A DNA stretch of 64,000 nt, from positions 656,115 to 720,114 of the forward strand of contig NMRA01000198.1 of NCBI GenBank assembly GCA_002633005.1, read 5' to 3'. Positions 11,801 through 23,800 of the stretch are shown in pieces (the first letter of the stretch is position 1; each line of letters starts with the position of its first letter). The stretch comes from Phoronis australis (Eukaryota; Animalia; Phoronida). The notes beneath the pieces are model-generated. The model was not told the origin of the DNA, made no database searches, and worked only from the letters and a program-made list of their open reading frames with translations. Both the position numbers and the translations under genes were made by a program.

Positions 11801-14800
11801 TCCTCTTTGACTAAAGACATTTTCTAATAATATAACTAAAAAGTGAGCCCTGAATTCAATGAAAATATATAGGGACTTAGTCCTTAAGTTAGGTGTGTTG
11901 CATGAAAAGATCGTTATACATTTTCGATAATATTTAGAATTCAACGTCCAATTCACTGTTGATTTGTATCAGACCCAAAAATTGACGTAGTAATGAAACT
12001 AAAACACACAAGAAAGGACAATCAGTGTTTTCATAAGTCCACAAATACGCAGTAGATTTAGGGAACTTAGTTGAGTCCCTATTTGGGACTGTTTCATGCA
12101 ACCCGCCATAAGGCTCTAAAACCAAATTCTACACAAGGTGTACTTGACATGGAACATCTGACAGAGAACAGCTGACTGGGAAGAAGTATAAACATGTGTA
12201 TAAACATGATTGACAAGGAGCAAATTGACACCACAGCAACCATTTCTTTCAAAGGTTTGAGAGGTAGAGCAAGTTGCACTGATCAGTTGCTCTAGTGTCA
12301 ACTGTAGGTCTAAACACATACTGGGGCAAGGCAGATGTGATCATCACTCCGAACATACACAGACTATCTTTGTACAATTGACTTCCATGCTGATCCAGTG
12401 TACCATAATGTCAAGTAGAGCAACTTGTGCCATGGCAAGCGTGTCTCATTAATAAAAGGCGCAAGGTCCGTGTGCTACATGATGAATGCTTCAGACACCC
12501 TTCCACACAACTTGTGATTAGCCTTTTAAATGTAGAGATACTAATTAATTACTGGTGTTATGTATATGTTACAGTTCACAGTCTAGTCAGATTGTACTGT
12601 CTGGGGCAGGCAAGAAGTGCCCATTGCTCATCTTCAGAGCTGATGTCGTGTACAAAAGAGTGGCAGAGGTGAAGGCTATTGGAGGTATGGGTTGACTGCG
12701 GGGAAATACTTCCATTGAGGAGGTGTATGGGACTTGTTGCTCAGAGGGGATACTTTTTGCACAGTTAGTTTCTCTATGGAATGGGGTGTTTACCGACAAA
12801 TTATGTACAAATAGTGCCCCTTGCAAATTTTCGCTTTTTTCGAGTCCACTCTCTAAATTTATGGATATAATTCAAATTTTCCAGGTACACTCCTCTGTTG
12901 AAAATATTTAGTTGAGTACCCCTTTGTATTGACTGTTTGTTGTCTACCATAAAGGCTGGCTAAATGTAGAGTATCTAATGCTATTTCGTCATTTGTAGTG
13001 ATTTCAGGGGTCATTTTTACACAACAACCTGAAATAATTATCTTATGATTTAGATGTCTAACAGGGAAAATTAGTGTGACCCTGGCTTGATAATTAAGTT
13101 GGATCAGCTGGGATTTTTATTTTAGAGCTGTATTCATTTTCCGGACAAAAATGCTTTGCTTGCCTTAATTAAAATGAAGCTCCACAATGCTAGTGTGCGT
13201 GACCGATGACAGTATTGCCATTGAAAATTTTTGCCGTGTAATTTGATGTTCTGTCTATCTAATATGTAACTGTGGCACATTTTTGTTTCAGAAAAGTACC
13301 ACATGGCCTATAAACTAATCAAAACAGAGTGCAAGTTATTGCGAACTATCCTAAACGGTCATGGCTTTCATGAAGTAAGTTACTCCAAGGTTTATGATCT
13401 TGATTTTTAAACTTTTTTCCCATTTCGTAATGGATGTCTCTGTTTACCTAGTGGAAATATGTTTCATGACTGGAAGTATGATGTGACAATTTTGTTTCAT
13501 ACTTTGTTAAAGGTGCTGGTGGTAGTTAAAGCTTGAATTTCAGTGTAACTCATTAAAGACTTATAACTTATAGCCCGTACAATGCCTCTTTCAAAAGCCA
13601 TTGTTTTTGCTCATCTTTTGGAGTGGAACCCTTTGTTTTTGGTGTTTTAATATGGTTACACCATGTACCAAATGTCATTCATTGATGGCGTAAGAGGAAG
13701 GTGTACCACCGTTTGCTTGGTTTATTTGTGTTCGAGGTTTGCAGCTTGACCTAGTGCAGCAAAAGCACTCTTGATCCTAGATAAGCAATGATCATTTGGT
13801 TGTTATGATGTTGTTAATTTCCTGAGTAGGGTATAAAATTGTTGTTTGTCTCCCTTTGTATAGGCTCACCCCAACAGTAATGACTTCAACTTGATGTGGA
13901 CGGGGTCACACATCAAACCATACGTTCTGAGGGCATTGACCGAGTTCCAGAAGGTCAACCACTTCCCAAGGTCATATGAGATCACACGAAAAGACCGCCT
14001 CTATAAAAACATTCAACGAATGCAACAGACTAAGGTGTGTGCTGCTGCTCTCGTATTTAAATTGTAGGAAGGTTTTTAGTGAAAATGCTAACATACATGG
14101 CTCAATGTTGCAGGATATTGTGGTGATGTGTTCATGGCTCTCATTACCTGGTGGTTGTCCGGTAGTGCCTTCTATTCGACTTTGCTCCACACTGGAATTA
14201 AAGCGCTCTTTTTAAGCTTTTTCCACTTACGCATCTTGTTAAAACAAAAAAATGACACACCCATTGTATTTGCTCATACTAAAAATGACCAACTATAGAT
14301 CATTGCATTGTTAGCTTCTCAAGTTAAAAAAGCGGGAATGGGTCCATTTGATCAAAGGCTGTACACTCAGTGATAGCTAATATCATTATATTTTAAATTT
14401 AAATCGCGCACATATTTATGTCTCATGAAGTTGATCGTTGAATGTGAATACGGTCATTGGCTAATTTATGCCTTTTGGAATGTCTAGTTCTTTTGAACAG
14501 TACAAGATTATATTTTCAATGATTTGCCTATGGCTGTCATAGCTATGACATGATTTCTACCTTTGGTATATGGTGCCCCAAATATCCTGGCCTATTTGAA
14601 GGCTAATTATCAGTTTGGTGACGAGATGTTATGCAAACTTTCGCGTGTACATTTTTTCTAGATGGGGTTAGAGTGGTCAGATGGATGTTGATTGATGCTT
14701 CTTTCAATCTTAATTTCAGGGTATGAAGCACTTTGACTTCATCCCACAAAGTTTTATCACTCCAGCTGAGTTTCAGGATTTTTGCTGTAAGTATTGACTT

Positions 14801-17800
14801 GGCCATGTACTAAGAGTGTACTGTGTGGTGTGGTGTTTGGCCTACAAGGGATTTCTGAATCGGACTTTTTTCTGAGTAATTTGTGTTTTAGCTTCTACTA
14901 CTGTTAGCAACCAAGTGAGAACTGGTTTTGGAGTTATGGTGCGAGCTACTGTTTTCAATGTTTTTCTCTTAGAACTTTGTCTGCTTATGGTTGAACAGTT
15001 CTAAAATGCAATTCGCTCATTTTTTGTTCGAGTTACTCCGAGCTGGTCCAACTCATTACTTCAAGAGTGCATCAATTCTTTGTAGCGGAGTTCATGCGAA
15101 ACGGTGGAATGTGGATTGTAAAACCGTGCGCCATGGCTCGGGGGAAAGGCATATTCCTGATCAGTGATGTACATTTGATGTTACTGACTGCTTGCTTTAC
15201 AAACACATGTTGTGAACTGACAGACATTGTAATCATGTGTCGTCACTATCTGTTTATTTTCACGGCTGAATTTTTAGTGCTAAAGTTTCTATTCCTCCAA
15301 GGACTTTAGCCAGTTCCAGTCTTTGCAGTTCTAGCGTGTCAATACCACTTAAACAGTCCTTGATGTTGTACTGTTTGGTTGTAACTTACTTGATCCTGGA
15401 TGAGAAACACATCTATGTTGCGGGTGCGCAAGAAAAACTTTTATGCCGCAGATGCGCGAATCTTTTAGCAATCCCTAATATCGTTATATGATGAATTTAA
15501 CGTGACACACATGCCTGTCCCTGTTCAGACATGGTGTTTATGAAACTAACTGCTTGTTAGTATTTTGGTGTATGCTAGTGTAACCTTCTACTTCTGTTAG
15601 CGTTCCTGTTATTCCCAGTTACATGGGTAGAATATGTTTGAGAACTGAAAAATTGTGTCTGTGTCTGTACGCAGCAGAGCTCTTTGTTGAATGATTGTAG
15701 CATGACTGTATCGCAGCTGTACTCCTTGTGGAACTGAAGCTCAGTAGTGCTGAAAAGTGATGCATTTTACATAGATTTTAGTCTACTTAAGGGAATCTTT
15801 AACAGAAAAGATTGAGAAAATTATGAGGTTCTGTTTCGCTATGTAATTTATCAAGGTTTTTTAGGACCTTATTGACAAGTCTGTGCATGTGGTCAAATAT
15901 CTACAAAATTTTAACTTTAATACTAAAAGTATGTATTTTTTGAAAGCAGACATCCTGTACAATTTGATTTCTTTTTGCTAAATGTGCCGTTGATTTTGTC
16001 ACATTACTGTGTCTTTTATGAGTCCTATTACTGATAACATCTTATGCTAAACAGAAACGTTTGAAAAACATTTTCCAGCAGCATTTTGGATGACAGTGCA
16101 TAAAGCATAATGTCTGAAAGTTTCACATGAATCCAACCAGCCATTTCTGAGATGTAATGTTCCAAAAATGGCCTAATTTGTGAAATTTTCTAGCGTACTA
16201 TCTAATCTATGTGGAGGAAAGTTCGATTTCTTGGTTATCTAACAGCATCATCTTTGCAAAGCTTTTTTATAAAAAGCTTTTAAAAGAAGTGAGAGAGGCA
16301 CAAGAAAACAACACCTTTCCTTTTAAATTTTAGCAGAACTTTGAATATCTATCTAGTAATTACTCAGCTATTGGGGGACCACGATTTCTTACTTTCTGCA
16401 AAAAAATATCTGACGAAATTGAGCCCAGATCATTTACACTCGGTAAAATTATAAACTTGACTTTCCACTTTCTGCACTGAAGTAAATTGTAGGTCTGGCT
16501 CTGTAATACAGACAGAAATCCAGACTCAAGATGTCTCTTCGCTAAATCGCTCTACTTGGAATTAATGTTATTCTCAATTCTACTTTCCACATAATATTGC
16601 CAAAAAATTCAAGTGCGACATTGGATAAGGTTAACCCAGGCTCAAACTGGGGCTGAGTAGAGATTATGCCCGAGTTGGTGGTTGAATCTCTGGTCATGAG
16701 GTTTAGAAATTTGCGTCGTGCCTACAAGTTTTTATCCTGTACCTTTGTGGAGGGCTGGTTGTGATGGAGAGGTTGTGTAATGCTGTTCATGGTGTTATTG
16801 TTTTGTTGCATTTTGCGTTGCTAAGTTACATGTTATTCTTGTGTTGGTTGTAGCCGCTTTCCTTAAGGACAAAGGCCCGTGGATCGTGAAGCCTGTGGCT
16901 TCCTCTCGGGGAAGGGGCATATTTTTAGCTACGCATGTAAGTCTGCCTGCTGCTGTCAGTCAATAATGAAAAAGGCGGAGTTTCACTCCTTTGTTTGCCA
17001 ATCAACAAGAAGAAAAAATGATTTCCAATCTAGCACCAAGCCATCCAGAGTGTACACATGTCAAACTGTCCAGAGCATTTAATACAAAAGATTTCATATC
17101 AGTGCATGTCAGTAGCTGATATGGGAGTGAGTGATTCTCAAACCGAAAAAACTTGCGGTGGCAATTAACATGCATGGTTTGCATGCTTTGAATGGTGGCT
17201 TTTGTCTTCGTATATGTTTCATACGACGCGTGTTTTACCTTACAAGTTTTTTGTTTTATGGTTGGAACTAATAATCTTATAGTTAGGTTTCAATTATAAG
17301 GAATAACTAATATGCTTAAAATTGATAATTAACAATGGTTAATTGATTGAACAATATTGTGATCAGCTTGCTTGTATTTTCCATGATTTATTCCCTACTT
17401 TGTGTCGCACACCCTTCCAACTAATTGATCTTTTTCACTACAGCCCGATCAAGTGCCATTGGATGAAACCTTTATTGTGGCAAAGTACGTCAACAACCCA
17501 CTTACCATCGATGGTATGTAGTTGTCTTCTCTGTTAGCATCAGGCATTTGGTCATATTATGTAGTGCACGAAATTGTTGTCTAGCTAATGTGTTCAGTGA
17601 ATATTTAGAAAGTAAGGATGTTGAACGAAAATGATTCTGTCGGAAATTGTGAGTGCATATCGTTAATGAAAATCTTCAAAAGTTATTTTGTTAATTTGAC
17701 TGTACAAAAATTTGATGTAGGGCTCTGGAATCATTTTTACATTTTTCATTCCAAGGTGACGTGTATGCTGTACTGCAATAAAGTTATAAATGCATTTTCT

Positions 17801-20800
17801 GTGTTTTAGGTTTCAAGTTTGATCTACGCCTGTATGTAGCTGTGACTTCCTATGATCCACTGTGTATATACTTGTATGAGGAGGGTTTGACTAGGTATGC
17901 TAGTTTCTAGTGTCCAGTCTTTCATTTCACTTTTCTAGGTTAATTGAAACAAAAGCATGGAGATCTATTGTGCAAGTTTTTTGAAGTGTAAAAATGAATT
18001 AAAAATCATTCTGGCTTTCACGGAACTCTGTAACTATCTGTTGGCTGAGAACATAAGATTCTTCAGTGACTCGGGAGATAAATCAAGTGAAATCAATAAA
18101 CAGTCCTTGTTATTAGTTGTTTATGTAATGAAAAATACCGTTTTCTGAAAGCATTTTGGGCCAGAGAATTGTTAATCATTGGATGAATGAATTTTCTCTG
18201 GGTGCTGGCGTTCCATATTTCACGTAGAGTTAGTAACAGATATTGACTAAATCTTGTGAACACCTCAGATTTGCGACAGCGAAGTATGACCGAAACCCAC
18301 GACATATGAAGAACCAGTGCATGCATCTGACCAACTACAGCGTCAATAAACGCTCAGATAGTTTTGTGTCGTGAGCTGGCATTTTTGTTCGGAGTTCCTC
18401 ACATGTGCTATGTCATATTAGTTCTGTAAATATTCTAAACATTCATTGTCTGCACCAAATTCTTAATTGGGAAATGGATGTTTCTTAATATTACAATGAT
18501 TCAGTCTTGGTCACGTGTCATAAACTACTGAGCAGATGCAAATGTTTAGAGAACTAGTATTATTACATAGCGAGGTTAAATTAGAGATTTGAGTTTTATT
18601 TAATTCCTAACAGCTTTTTTCAGTTGTTGAAAAATAAAAAAAATTTTAAGCCCTTCCTTGAAATGGTTTTTGTTGTTTTTGATGTATTGGGCTACTCAGA
18701 TAGTTCCAGCGCTACTTTAGCTACAGAAAATGTGATTTAATCGCTGAAATGTAGGCTGGTCAAAAACTGTGCAACTAGTGTGAGAACGCAGAACAAAGAA
18801 CAAATTGTTTAAAGTAGTTGTCTTTAAATAGGATTGAACAGAACACTGTAAAAGGTTTTTGGTGGTGATGTAGACAGATATTTGCCAATGAGCCTAACTG
18901 ACCGTTTATCTGCCCAGTCATTGTTGTTCAAAATATATGATAGCAACTAATTTTTTTGTGTTAATATTCCTAGGCAGGCTTTAAAATCAGTGGTGAAAGT
19001 AGCGGAGGAATAATTTATCATTACCCTATCACCAAATGTCTTCCAATGAGGTCCTGTAAATTGCTACCTTGTTTCTTATGAGTGACTTGGACGTATGAAA
19101 GATGAAAATTCCGTAAGCTCGTTGGTTTTACGGCAATTTCCTTTTAGTCCTTGCTTGAAAGTTGTGTTGGTCATCTGAAAAAATACCGTGAACTTTTTAT
19201 TAGGAATTTCGCTTAGACTGAATGTGGTGGCTTTGTGATACTCCATTTCTGTACAGTAGGTAAAAAATATTAGGTTAGACAATCCCAGGTTTATAACAGT
19301 GTCTTCTATTTTGTCACCATGTCTCCTGTAGAAAGTTGGTAAACTACACTAACCTTCATGGAATGAATTTTTATAGCTAGTGCTGTTACGTTGTATTGAA
19401 ATAATGATTATTACCTTTCGGTGGCATAGTTTTTCTCGAGAGTCTAGCTTTCGAACTCATCCTCCCAGTGCCCTGACAAAGAGCCCAAAATGGGCTCAAA
19501 AACTAAGCGCTCGAGAAAAACTAGCCTGGAGAAAGGTTATAATTTCAATACACTAACCTTGTTTTGTTTTGTTCCATTGATTTCGTTTTCATAACTCAAC
19601 ATAATTAACCTTGTAGGTTTGCTACTCAGAAGTTTGAGAAGGGTAGTGCACGCAATATCAAGAACCACATGATGCATTTAACTAACTATAGTGTGAATAA
19701 GAAAAGTGCTGATTTTGTACAGTAAGTTCAAATACATGGAGACAAGTGTAATGAGCAGTATACTGCAGGTTCTGTTATTTTAGTCAAGAAATGGCCGTCG
19801 ATCAGTTTTCAGCAGGGATGTTGTTTCCTTATTTGAAGTTTCAGTAATTACAGAACTATCGCCTAATCTATTGATGTTGATCATTCATGAAATAGCACAA
19901 TTTTACATTTTACTTCTGTGTACTATATTAATTACTCTCATATCATTTTTAAATTAAAGAACTTGTTGATTCAACTTTTATCACTTGTTGCAATTTGAAG
20001 TTTGTAAAATACACTAAATTTTTTAAAATGACCATTCTTTGTCCAGGCATACCAGATGACCAAACTATGATTAAAATGTAACGGAATTGCAAAATTGGGC
20101 AATAGTCACATATGTGGTCCCCAGATTTATAGAACCAGTTTGATGTTCCTGATTCAGTTGAGAAAACTGGTTTTGAAGTGCAAACCCTGTTTCCCAAAAA
20201 TGTTTTGGTAACATTTCTGATGCTCTCAATTTTCAGAAATGATGACCCTAATGTAGAAGATTATGGCAATAAATGGTCTCTCGGTGCAATGTTACGATAC
20301 TTGAGGTCAGAAGGTCATGACACAACAGGTAACTAACGAAAACTTATTAACATTTCCACTTCATTTCCGTAATAATGTAATTATAGACAAATTCAATTTG
20401 ATAACTTAAGATATAGGTCTCCTGTTTTTATGGAAGTAAGCTGCATTTTTCTATTGATTTTGGTTATCAAGTTTTCTTTTGTATGGAAATAACATGATGT
20501 GGAAGTGTAATAGGATTTAGTGTTAAACATTCGATGAGTGTTGTGTAACTGTCTTATTTACTTTGAGACTCCAGTTGCAGTTCCCTGGAGCGGTCATCTT
20601 GTAGAGTAAGGTAGGGGGTGCAGTTAGGCTTCTCAATCCGAGGCGATATTTGTACCTGGCCGAAAAGGATAAATGTGACCCATGTTTTTACCAAGTGCTA
20701 AAATTGTACCCATTACTGAAAGAGGTCTTAAAACATGACCAATATTTACATCTCATCTGGAGAAAGCCACAAGATTATGTAATGCCTTTGTGGGAGCTGT

Positions 20801-23800
20801 CTGATTTCAGTTAAATGAAGGTTCTTAAGAATGTGGTGTAATGGCTTACTTATCATGTTTCAGCATTGATGATGAGGATTGAAGATGTCTTGACGAAGAC
20901 AATTATCTGCGCTGAGTTACCCATAGCAACAGCCTGTAAAATGTTCATGCCACACAAAGGAAACTGTTTTGGTAAGAAAACAGCACTATAAAAAGCCCAA
21001 GGCGACTCCATGATCAAAAGCGCCCCCTGTTGGTCTCCAGGTGATACAAGCGGATAGTTGTACTCTTGCAAGTCATGAAAGTCAAAGTATGATGTTTCTA
21101 CAAATCATGGTGTACTGAAGGTTTTTGATAACACCGAAGTTTCTTATTTGATGGCTTTCAAACGTCTTGCGTATTTTGTGTTGCGTGAGAGTCGGACTGA
21201 ACCTGCATCAGATGCAGTGCAAATAATTGTGTAGCTGACAGCCTTTATGGATGGATGAACTGTGATGCATGTAGCTTATGTTTAAATATGTGGTATTGAA
21301 TACTAAGTCATTCTTTTGGTATTAACATCTATGTGCCGTCTTGCAGAGGTGTACGGGTTTGACATACTGATAGACAGTAACATGCGGCCATGGATTTTGG
21401 AAGTGAATCTCTCTCCATCTTTGGCCTGGTAAGTTATGCTGCATTCCAATCAGAATCTCTAGACATATAGATTATTACAAGACGAACTTGTTGTTTCCAG
21501 TGAGATTGGAGAAATTATCACCTGGGGGTTGGTTGTCCGGAGGTTGATAAATTCTCCAAATCAAACAAGGGGTCTAGACACAAGAAATTATTGCCAAGGA
21601 TATATGGTAATGTGTCTACCTATCCCATATATTGAGCAACAGTCTATTAATCCCCAAAAAGTTAAATGAAAACATTCGAGTTTTGTGAACTTTACTATTA
21701 ATAAATTAAGTGCCCACATGCACAGTGTGGGGACGTGGTTCAAAAGTAGTGGTGGAATTTTTGAAGTTTTGGAAAAGTCCAGATAAAAATTTGTCGAGTT
21801 GAATCTCTCTGAATGTGGAGCGTTTTGAGTTTGACTGCTGCTGTAGTGATGAAGTATATTGATATCAAGATTTCCTTTTTGGGGATTGTGATTGAGTGAG
21901 ACCTTTCCATCTTATTTTGAAGAACATTTCAGATAGTTATTAATTCTAGCTTTGTAGTGTTTCTGAAGCAGAGTAATTATGTATGTGCAATAGGCTGTTT
22001 GAATTCTCTGATCAAGTTGTGTTACTGTTCATTTATAGCTCTAAACAGTAAATCAAAGTTGCTGTTAATGTTGCGGATAACGTTGTGGAAAATTATGCAT
22101 TGAAATGTTGCGACCCTGCTTTGGACCAGCGTGGCCAATTAAGTGTCTCACATTCATTTGTTTTCTTCTCTCCCATCGCGAGTCCTGACACTAGCAGCGC
22201 GGCATTGTACTACGAACATTCTAATCATATGAGGGACTCACCACCAACATTGTAGTAGTCAAAGTAGGACTGAATAAAGCATGAATCAAGATTGTGTGAT
22301 CATCACAGTATCAGTTACCTTGTCATTGTCGTTTTCCAGCGATGCCCCACTGGATCTGAAGATAAAGTCCCACATGCTGTCAGATTTGTTCTCTTTAACT
22401 GGTATGCTGTTACTTTCATTTAGTCTAAAATTAATTCATTTTCTAAGTGTGGAAACATTGCTTCCCTTACGTTGGTTGGTGTTTTCTGAAAAGAATGCAG
22501 TTCATGTCAGTGTGGCAAAGCAGTTTTTTTCTAGATCTTTCTTAGAAAAGTTACATCAGTTAGAAAACGTGTTATGATATGCGGTTTTTGAAAACGTTTC
22601 AGGTTTTCCTTGTCATGATCCAATGATGCGGCCCGCCAAAACCCCTAATAAAGTGCCTGACCCCAGGCTGACCTCGTCTAAACAGGTAAACGTTATGCGT
22701 GACCTACTTCGTGTTTTTGTGGAAAATCGCTGAAAAGTACTGGGATTGTGTTGTATTTCTAAAGTTATTGACTGTTTTCTTGAAGTACTGGGTTTTTGTG
22801 TTGTTATGTTATTAATGCTGATGGAATTATCCAACATTTCGTCCTTTCACTCATAATATTTTGACTTTGATCAGAAAGGGGTCTGATTTGTAAAGCTGCT
22901 TCGAATTTTTGCCGGTTGAACTTCTCTGGAATCTAGTAGGGTTTGCTTTGTGTCCCAACTTCAAAACTAGTCTTCTGCAATTTAGCTTGTACCCCGTTGG
23001 TCATACATAACTGTCTCATTTTCAGCGATCCTCATCTCTTGTTGTCTCACTCTTTCATTCTTTTCTGTGTTTTTGTATCATTTAGTCCAACCGTCAGCGT
23101 CCCTTCTCAGCGCCATCAAATTCTGGGGTTTGTACGCCATACAAGCACAGTGTCAGCAATTTAACAAATCACTACAATTTGTGAATTTACTGACTGACTG
23201 TATAGCAATGTTTCGGGGTCACATGACTGTACTTTCATAGATAAGTGTACAATATTTGTGTATTTATTCACAAATGTTATTGATTTCTTGTTTATTTAAA
23301 AAAAAACAACCATGCATGACTTGCGATCCGGCCCATATTTTACTTTAAACACTTTTTTCGGAAAACAATGATTATCCCTTTTGTTCAACGGCAAAGATTA
23401 ACTGTAGCATTTGTTGTTTTAGAGCATATTGTCATGTGACTTCCTCTTTGCTGCCCAGCAGTCTTCTGTATTCGGATATGCTTTTATTTCTTGGTCATCC
23501 ATTTTACATGCCGCACTGTATCACGCTAACCATGTAACCTTCCTTAGTCTGGTCTAATGTAGCATTTAGCGTAACCTGTGTTCGGATTGTGGTAAACCTT
23601 GCACATGTAAAAAAACTACAGCCACGAAATATCGGTGAATACAATATACATAACTGCAAAGTATTAGTTTGATGTGTTAATTGCCTTTAAATGGATTACG
23701 GTTGAATTATTCACTCCAATCAGTCATTGTATTCTGTTGAGTGAGAAGTGCATTTTGTAAATCACTTAATTTGTTATTCAAGTGACTAACTTCACAGACA

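Larger units (their letters stand above)
9496..12103. mobile_element. PIF/Harbinger-like MITE (outermost element of the nest)
   Basis: ~50-bp TIR ggttgcatgaaacag..caaatagggactcaa.taa.ttccctaaatc; the left copy is split by the 9530-11739 insertion, the right copy is at ~12055-12103. Confidence 0.75.

Noticed and set aside
15217-16962. actgacag (after exon A) complementary to ctgtcagt (after exon B) as a docking/selector pair
   Set aside because: Only 8 bp, which is expected by chance; needs cross-species covariation.
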